The position numbers and the translations under genes are program-made. DNA of 64,000 nt. It comes from Eutreptiella sp. 'Long Island Sound 2002'. Taxonomy: Eukaryota > Protista > Euglenida. The stretch is taken from the NCBI GenBank assembly GCA_964036045.1, contig OZ038378.1:155186001-155250000 (forward strand). Direction: 5' to 3'. The notes below the pieces were generated by a model. The model saw only the letters and a program-made list of their open reading frames with translations. It was not told the origin of the DNA and searched no databases. Shown here one piece after another: positions 52,201 through 61,200 of the stretch. Numbering within the stretch: position 1 is the first letter of the stretch; the number at the start of each line of letters is the position of its first letter.

Positions 52201-55200
52201 AAATTAGTGAACCTAGTAAACTGTTACCTAGTAAAAAGAAATTCTTTTTAAAAAATTTTACTACGTTTTACTACAGACCCAGTAGATGTAGGGACTGGAG
52301 GAGACGCCACCCTTGCCCCCTAGTCGCATCTGAGGGCGATGGAATGTCCTTCCCGAAGCAAAGCCCTGTCTTTTGAGAGCGGGGTGGATGTACGGACTGA
52401 AGGAGACCACACACCCCGTGCCTGTGGGTACCCCCCACACGCCTCGCACCCCCATGTACTGAATGGTGGCGTACAGCAGCTCCTCCTCCTTCTGCGCCAT
52501 GCGTATGTGGAGTCTCTACCTGACCAGGCACCTGGGCAAAGGCTTTCCCAAGTAGTTCCCGAATGTCAACCAACAATGTGCAAGAGTTCTGTGCCCAAGT
52601 ACAACAGTTTCGGAAGCTCTTGGTGGATGGCATTGTTGGACACAGCAACTCTTTTGGGCGTTCCGTCCCTCCTGTGCTTGTGCCCGCACTGATGCAGTCT
52701 GACCGGACAGAACCTTCGGTCGGGGGCGGGGGATGTATGCCACTTCTCAACCTGCCATCAGAATACCCCCTTGCGATCCACAAACCACCCCCTCAACAAC
52801 CCTCTAATGATGTCATCGCACCGCAGGGTCTCATGTACTCTGCCGGGAAATACAACGTCGTTGAAACAAGAGCGTCCACATAGTGCACTGCAATTTGGTC
52901 CTCCTCAGGCAGAGTTTCCACGTTGTTCACATCAGTAACCCAGATCACATCAATTTCCCATGGACAGATTGGGTGATACAGAGGCCACCCTAATATTGGG
53001 CTGAGCAAGCCATTCGCCATTAAGGGCTGTGAGGTTGGACAAAAACGCAAGAGGAAATTTTCCCGTTTGCGGAAAAGAGCTGGAACTCTGCTGTCATATG
53101 TTGTTAGACCAACAGACGTTGTGGGCTGACAGGCGAATGTGACAGTGGGTCCTCACGGTATTCCCTATCAGATAGCCCTACTCAGCCCTTAAGGTGCAGG
53201 TGGCGTCAGCATTCTGAGCTGCAATGGAAGCCCGAGGGGTGGTGGTGGGGGGGGGGGGGTCTTTGCACTGGGAAATAAACCACAGCTCTGCACACTGGGG
53301 TTCATTTCTGGACATTGCCCGAAGAGCACGGGGTGATTGATCGTCAAGTCGGTTGCCTTTGGCCATGCCGCTCGAAATGCGTTGTTACATTGGAAAATGA
53401 GGGCTTGAGAAAAGACACTCTCTTGCTGTCCGGCTGGTCAATGATGCCTTTCGAGAAAAATTAGTCCCTTTTCAGTTCTACAGTTACATGCGGCTAGTTA
53501 CATGCGGCTGTGCATGCCTAATATTTTCTGGCTGTGTACGACTGCGCATCGGCAACCCTGGGAGCTGGGCACAGCTCTGAGACCAAAAATGCAAGAGGCC
53601 AGCCCTGTAATGATGAACATACAATCAGCTTGGACTTGTTTGCACATAAATTGCTGCTGGTGATTGCTACTGCACGAAACAATGCACAGCCTATACACAT
53701 GCATATACACATACAAAATAAAAGTACCTGACCCTCATTCTGCTCCTTTGGAGCATCAGAAAGCTCCTCCGTGGATTCCGGGCCGCTGGCTGCTTGCTCC
53801 TTCAGCTGCTGATTCTCCGCCACCAGTTGGTCAACTACCTGCGTTTTCTGCTGCAGATTGTCCTTCAACTCTTCGATTTCTTGGTTCAGTGCTTGCTGTC
53901 TGTCATCCGATGCCTGTGCCTGATCCCTCATCTGCTGCACATCGGTGGACAGCGCATCCTTCTCCGCAGTTATCTGGTCCATCCTGCATTTCAGATCCTG
54001 TGGAGAGACAGTGGCAGAGATCTTATATGAATTGGCCAATGGCTTGACCACTTGTCTGTACATGCCTCCTCACTGTTCACATGTTGCTTGCAATGGCCAG
54101 CGCGCTTGAGGTATCCAAGAAAAATGGAAAACCCTCCAGCAGCCACAGGCCCAATGCAACCTGCACCCAATTTTTTTCCATTTTTCCAATATATTTTCCG
54201 ACAGTCATCAGTCTCCACCCCCTGCCAGACGGCACTCAAAGCCTCTAATTTGCCAAACTTCACAGCCGATTTCGATTACGGATCTGTTGCACCACTGGCA
54301 ATATCACGGCTGAATGCAAACTCTTCTCATAAACTCACAGCTTTGGGCATGATGACAGGACAGAGAAAGAGGCAGTGCGCAATGTCATCATACTTGGCCA
54401 TTTGCACGCTGCCCTCACCCGGTAGGCACAAGCCAGCCAGCCCCCACCATGGTGCCCTTTGCCAGTAGGCTTGATACTCACACCCGGGAGAAATTGGGCT
54501 GCACTCGGCAGCCTCCAACAGGCACAGTCAGACACATTCGGCGGCCCCCAGTCACTGCGGCAGTGGACTGCGGCAGTGGACTGCTGCAGTCCACTGCCGC
54601 AGTCGACTGCTACAGTCCACTGCTGCACTGCACTGCGTCGCACTCCACTGCGCCGGGTATGTACGCCACATCTGACAGCATCTGGCATGCTAAACACTAC
54701 TCTCCAAAAACCATAAAGAATCCGCTTTTGGGGCGTATTGAGTGTTGTAAATCCGTACACATGCACACACACATCATTATCGCCTCTGCTCGCGGTATCC
54801 TCACTATATCCAATATCTGTTTCCGTATATCCGCGTCCATGTGTGTGTGTGCGCGCGCGCGCATTTGTGTGTGCGGATGTTTTGCCTTCGCAAGAGTTAT
54901 TCCACTTGTTGCTGGTGTCGGCGGCTGAGCTGCCTGAGTTCAGCACTGAAGCGCTGGCACAGGCAAAAGGTCAAGAATCTCAGCGTTGCCTGTTAACCTC
55001 GGTGTTAACTTCTCCGATGTGGGTGTGTGTTTGGCCGTGTGTGAGATTGTGTGTGTGTGTGGCTGTGCGCTGTTGATGATGACCTGGCTCTCACTCAGCT
55101 CCTTCTCAAGGTTGGAGACCATGACCATCAATTCTGGGATCCGGACCGCCTGCTCCGTGAGCTGCCTGTTTTCCTGGCCCATCCGGTCGTACGCCAACTC

Positions 55201-58200
55201 CTTACTCTGCAGGGCCTCCCTCATCTCTTGGACTTCCTTGCTCAGCGCCGCATGCCGCTCTTCAGACGCCTGCAGCTGCTGTTGCTTCTGCAACGCATCG
55301 GCTTGCAATGCGGCACGATGCTCCTACAAAGCCACGGCGCCACGGAACGCACCGCCTCAAATCGTCCAGAGGCACCGCAAGATACACACAGACCCTTGTC
55401 AAGTCGTGCCGGTGCTTCAGCTGCCGCCTTTTCCAAGGCTCAGCCTCGGCCTCGCGGACCGCCAGGCTTGGCTGCCCCTCTCTCAGGCCGTCGCTGGTCC
55501 TGCTGACTGCCCCCACCTTTTCCGCCTTTGTCGCCAAATTTATGATTACCACCGCCATTCTTACCATCGCCACCACCACCAGAAATGGAACGTTCACCAT
55601 GGCTCCATTTGTCCTAACGCTCTAAGCAGGCTGCTCGTGTACCGTCCATACTCCGCTGCCGGGGGGCCCACGCCCGGTCGCACTCGGGCCCACTCCCCTG
55701 CCGAAGGGTACAACTTCGAAGGGTGGGGGAAGATGTGTAGGTGAGCCCATGCCCGGTCACACTCGGGCCCAATGCACATTGGGGAAGATGTCCAGGAGCC
55801 AACTCCCCTCCCAACGTTACATGCACAGTGCCGGGCATCCGCACTACTGCCTCCGCACTACTGCAGGCATCCACGCCGCTGCGGGCTGCAGCGGCCTGGG
55901 TGTGATGTACAGGTTCTCCAACAAGAACTCCGAGGAAATGCACCCCCCAAGTTCTCCAACTGGAAGGTACATACAGCAGGGGGGGGGGGGGAATGCGGTC
56001 GCCGGGATTGGCAAAAAATGCGGGAAAATGCGGGAAAAAATGCGGAAAATGCGGCCAAAAATGCGATGGAAAATGCGATTTTGTTAGAATGGTGTTTGCC
56101 CCTCGAAACCCCTATGTTTCGTCTCGTCTTGCACAATTGGGCGCTCAAAGCATGGACGGTTTGATGGAACAACTTAGTGCAGTAGTTCGACTCAAGAATA
56201 TCACGGACTAGGCTCAAAACCGCTAGGGGCATAAGCTGCAGCTGCTTGGTCAGGCCAGACCGCTGAATCTCTGCGCCGCATCAGGTACTCCCCCATTGAC
56301 CCAAACCGCCGGGCTCCCCCGGGGGGGGGGGGGATACCCCAACATACATACCTCAAAATGATCCCCATGACACGCTGTTCATTTTGAATATACACAACTG
56401 GGGAAAATTTTTTTCAAAAAAAATTTGCCCATCAACTCAGGCTCCCATCAGCGAAGGTCCGACCCGGAGGTCGGGTCAGGGTCAATGTCCTTTTTTGTGT
56501 TTTTCATCCATTTTTGAATTCTCCATAAAATTCTGAGTATTTTGAGCATAGACACATAGGGTCAAACAAAAAATTTCCCCCTGCCATCTGCCTAAAAAAA
56601 ATCTCCGGCGCCTCTGGCGCCCACAAAACCCATTGTTCCTCACAACTAACTGACTACAAGACAATGCCACTAGAATGTTTCCTCTTGAACATTACACTAA
56701 GAGACCTGCCCAAAAAATGCGAAAAAAAATGCGAAAAATGCGGAAAAATGCGAATCGCATATTCCCCCCCCCCTGCATACAGGTTCTCCAACAACGTGCT
56801 CGCCATGAATGGCGCAGAGTGCAGAAGATATTAATGCAACGCACTACCAGGAAGTCACACATTGGTGAGCTAGCACCCATGGCCTTGTGTGACATTCACG
56901 TTGCTGGTTGTGGTGAGCACCTCCCAGCCTGGGGTCTTCGTGATGACCGCATACCACGCACTGATCAGGCCGTCAAGGGAGGACGCCATGGGCAGAATTT
57001 GCATTCTGGATTCCCACCCAGGCAGGTGGATGCCCGCGGCAGTGCGGATGCCCACAGTAGTGCGGATGCTTGCTTGTCATAGCACAAGGTTCAAGGGCGA
57101 GAGGCCAATAGGTGCCGCCACAGGCTAACAGAGCCAACCACCAAGGCCTTGTGCCAACCCCCCCCCGATTCCACGCAAAACGTGGATGCCCCATCAACAG
57201 GGACTTGCAGGCGCCGGAGGGGCGCGACGATCCCACCCAGGCAAGTGGATGCCTGCAGCAGTGCGGATGCCCGCAGTATTGCGGATGCCTGCTCGTCATA
57301 GCAAAGGGAGAGGAGTTCTTGTTGGAGAACTTGTATTTCCTAGGAGTTCTTGACCTGGATTTCCCACCCAAGCAGGTGGCCCGATCACTGTGCATGTAAC
57401 GTTGGGAAAGGAGTTGGCTCGTGGACATCTTCCCCAATGTGCATTGGGCCCGAGTGTGACCGGGCACGGGGCTCACCTACACATCTTCCCCCACCCTTCG
57501 AAGTTGTACCCTTCGGCAGGGGAGTGGGCCCGAGTGCAACCAAACGTGGGGTCCCCCGGCAGCGGGGTGTGGACGGTGCAATCAGGACAAGGCAGACCGC
57601 GCTCGCCACAAATGGCGCAGAGCGCAAAAGGCAATCTTGTACCACAGGCGTAGCTCCCAGGTAGGGGGGGGGTTCGTGGAAGGATACCATGTAGTACAAG
57701 AGGTGCCCCATGCCAAGTCTTTTGTTCAACCCGCCTTTTGGTCAAGGTCGGTTCTGAGGGGCAGCAAGTGTACCTTTGGAGGGGGGGCTGAGTGAGAGTG
57801 CAATATCTGTCCCAGTGCTCACAGTTTCAGTGTTCTGCACCTGTTGCACCTGTGGCGCCAACTGCCATTCCAATGCTGACTGGCTTCACATTCAGTAATC
57901 CCCAAAACCATGGATTTTGAAGGATCTATCTGATGTCAAAATTGCAACACATGGGCCCTCAAGATTTCCCTGATACCAACCCACCTAGTTGGTATAGTTG
58001 CTGTCCCACGTACCCCAACCATCCAACAGCAGTCGCAGCTGGTGCGACAGTGTCTTGCTGGTTCAGGGGACCTAGTGTGGCATGCAAGGTGGCGAGTTGG
58101 TCCCTCTCGCATGCTTTGTGGCCCGCCAGATGATCTACTCGCGCCCTCTATGAAGAGCCAAACCGGGGCCGTACAAAATGCAGTGTGCACAGTACGGCCG

Positions 58201-61200
58201 TGTTGCTCTGTGGGTAGCATGCAGAATGCCCCCACTGCCGACATGGACAGCACACCACTGTTCCCCAGCCTTGATAGGCCCCTCCCACATGTGGGCCTTC
58301 CCAGATGGTGCTTTTTTTACGGGCTGCCTTTACTGCTACGTGTGTTTTGCGGTCAAACCGCCTTGGGATTGTGCCCTGTTCTGCTTCTTTTCCTGGGACA
58401 AAGGCGGTACAGTGTTACAGGAAAATGGTGGCAACAAGAGGGGCATGGTCCCTGTCAAACCACGTGTAAAGATGCGAAATGGCCGTGTAGAGTAGAGAGT
58501 CGATGATTACAGAGGGAGTCCGTATAGCCACTTGTGTTCTTCAGAAACCCGCCTGTACATCTAGTCAGTTCTGGGGTCAAGGCCCAAGACCCTGTCACCG
58601 GTGCGCCTGCAAAGCAGCATGTGCCCACCTACCCCCCCCCCCTTGTATAAGCTACGCCAAAGTCCCCAATTAATACGGTCCCTACGCCTACTGTAGCTTG
58701 GACACGGGCGTAGCTTGCGCGCGACACATACAACTACCAACACCGGGCACCCAGGTTCAAAAAGAGAGGATTGCATGGTGAGCCGGTGCAAGAAAGGGGC
58801 ATAGAATGCACAAACATCCCCAAAATCAGAGCTATGTGGGTTCAAGTGGCAAACACTCACAACAAATGTGTCCATGACTCTATGTGACTCGCAAATCCGT
58901 CACCAAACCCATGTCTTATGTGGCTGCACTACGTTTGGCACCGAATTAAAATTAGGTCCCAAATTAATACCGTCCCTACGCCTACTGTAGCTTGGACAAG
59001 GGCGTAGCTTATACAAGGGGGGGGGGGGATATGCAGCATCTGTGCAACACAATGTCTCTTGGCATTTGCACCAATGCATGTATAAAGGAAGGATATTTGA
59101 GTGACTGAAACGATGCTTATACTCCGGCCCTGTGACTGCGCTCACCTGTGCGGATACCCCTGCCAATGTCCAAAGCCTTTAACTTGCCTCCCGCTACCTC
59201 AGTGTCGCTGCTTTTGCTGCTCCCGCGTCCCTGCACTGATCTGGTCGCATACCTCACTTTCCTGCTGTTGACTCTCCAGGTTCGACACCATCTCCATCAA
59301 CTCTTTGCAGAGCGCTTGGTGCTTGTCTTCAGATCCTTGCAACTGCTCTCGCACCCGCTCAACCTCGGCATTCAAGGCGTCCCTCTCAGCTGCAATTTGA
59401 TCAACACTCAGATGTAATTCCTGCAAGGCATTGAATATCTGATTCCCAGCCACTACGCTTCAGAGACTGCAGCCAACCTCTGAAACCTTATCAATCCTCG
59501 GCGAGAGCAATCCTCAACAATAGCAATAACAACCCTATGACTCACCACAGCCCTGCAACACGCTCGACAACCCTCGAAACACTCCACATTCCTACAACAC
59601 TCCGCAACCCGGATCATCCCCATCCCTCAGCATCCCTGTCCACTAGCGGCCCTCAGCAACTCCCTCAGAAACCCTCCACAACACTCCACAACCCGCAGAA
59701 CCCTCCACATCCTTCACTTATTCTCCACAATCCTCCACAAACCTCAACAAGGCAACACAGCAGAGTGAAACACCTCTGAAAAAAACAACTCCCAGGCTCC
59801 CAGGCGTCGTCTGATTACCAACCACCGAAGGCTAATCATCGACCGCTGTTGCCTTCTCTACTCTCCATGGCAATTTCGCATTTTTACACCTGGGCGTGGT
59901 TTTACAGGGACCACTGTCATTGCCACCCTTTTCCAATAACACTGTACCGCCTTCGTCCCAAGAAAGGAAGCGGAATGGGTTACAATCCCAAGGCTTTTTG
60001 ACCAGCCCACTATCGGGTCATGGCAGGGCGGAAGACCAGAGAAAAGGGGCCACCACACACAGTGCCACGTCGACAACCTTGACCTTTCGTGGGGGCTGCA
60101 GCCGGGTTTCCACAACCGCTGTCGCGGCCCCGAACAACTCCCCATGTTGTGGGGGGTGCTGCACACGCCCTGGGGGCGTTTTCGCACAGCGCGGGCACAG
60201 CGCCAGTTGCTACGTTGGTTCTCCCGGGAACACCCCTGCAAACCACCCCCCTACAAAAGCGTGCATGATCCATTCAAACCAGCATCGGGGGTGCAGCATT
60301 CAGGGCCCTGGGTCCCGTGGCTACCGGCGGTGGAAAACAGCCGACTTTCCGCACAGCGCACGGTGCGCCCCCCCCTACATCCCCCAAAAAGGGAAAATAC
60401 CATGCCCCCAGCAGGGGGGAGGTTGGGCATCGCAGAAGCCGATTGGTGACCGTGGGATACAGCCTGTTCCCAGAATCCTGCTTTTGGGCGACCTGCCTTG
60501 AAATGAGCTAAGCGAAGGTGCAGGTGGTCTTGGGGAGGGGGGGGGGGGGGGCGCTGCATTTTTGGGGGGGGGGCGGGGAGGGCACAGTGGAAAGTTTTCC
60601 CCGTTGCTTGTACATATGCAGTGCCCAAAACAGGCGGAGACACAGCACAACTGACGTATTGCAAACAGAAATCAACCGCCATTGCTGCATTGCACAAGGG
60701 GTATTGGGGTGCCCGACGGCGTGTTTCAGGCTCACCTGGCACTCCGTCTGCGACTGCCTGAGACCGGAGATCGTGGCTGTGAGCTCTGGAACTTGCGCCG
60801 CTTGTTCGGTCAGCTGCTTGTTCTCCTGCGCCAACTGGTCCAACGCGGACTCTTTGTCCTCCAACGCCGTTTGCATGTCTTGGGCTTGGCTCCGGAGGGC
60901 CTGACACTCGTTCTGATGCGCGTCGGTGGAGACGCGCAACTGTTCTTGCAGCTGCTGCACATCGGCGTGCAGTGCATCCCTTTCGGCGACAATTTGGTTC
61001 AGACGATCATTGGATTCCTGGGCAGCAGCAACGGAGGGGGCGGGATGCTGGTTCACCGCTGCGGCTGTCCGCACAAAGTCCGGCAATGGCGCACACATGG
61101 TCTACAACCACCGCCATCTTGAACACCTCAAAGACCCGGATGTTGTCTCGCGCTTGGAAACACAGCGTGCAACGAAAGGCCATGCAAACCGATAGAAACG

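Larger units (their letters stand above)
58351..60003. repeat. Inverted repeat pair (~150 bp, roughly 80% identical by eye; 58351-58499 and 59854-60003) enclosing exon D
   Basis: GGTCAAA..GCCTTGGGATTGT...GGCGGTACAGTGTTA...GAGTAGAG and its reverse complement. Confidence 0.85.

Noticed and set aside
53330-53460. KPSFSNVTTHFERH resembling the end of a BED zinc finger
   Set aside because: No upstream Cys pair and no transposase continuation
54986-55744. Long plus-strand ORFs opposite the coiled-coil exons (also 45902-46270, 62582-63028)
   Set aside because: Antisense shadows of Glu/Gln-rich exons
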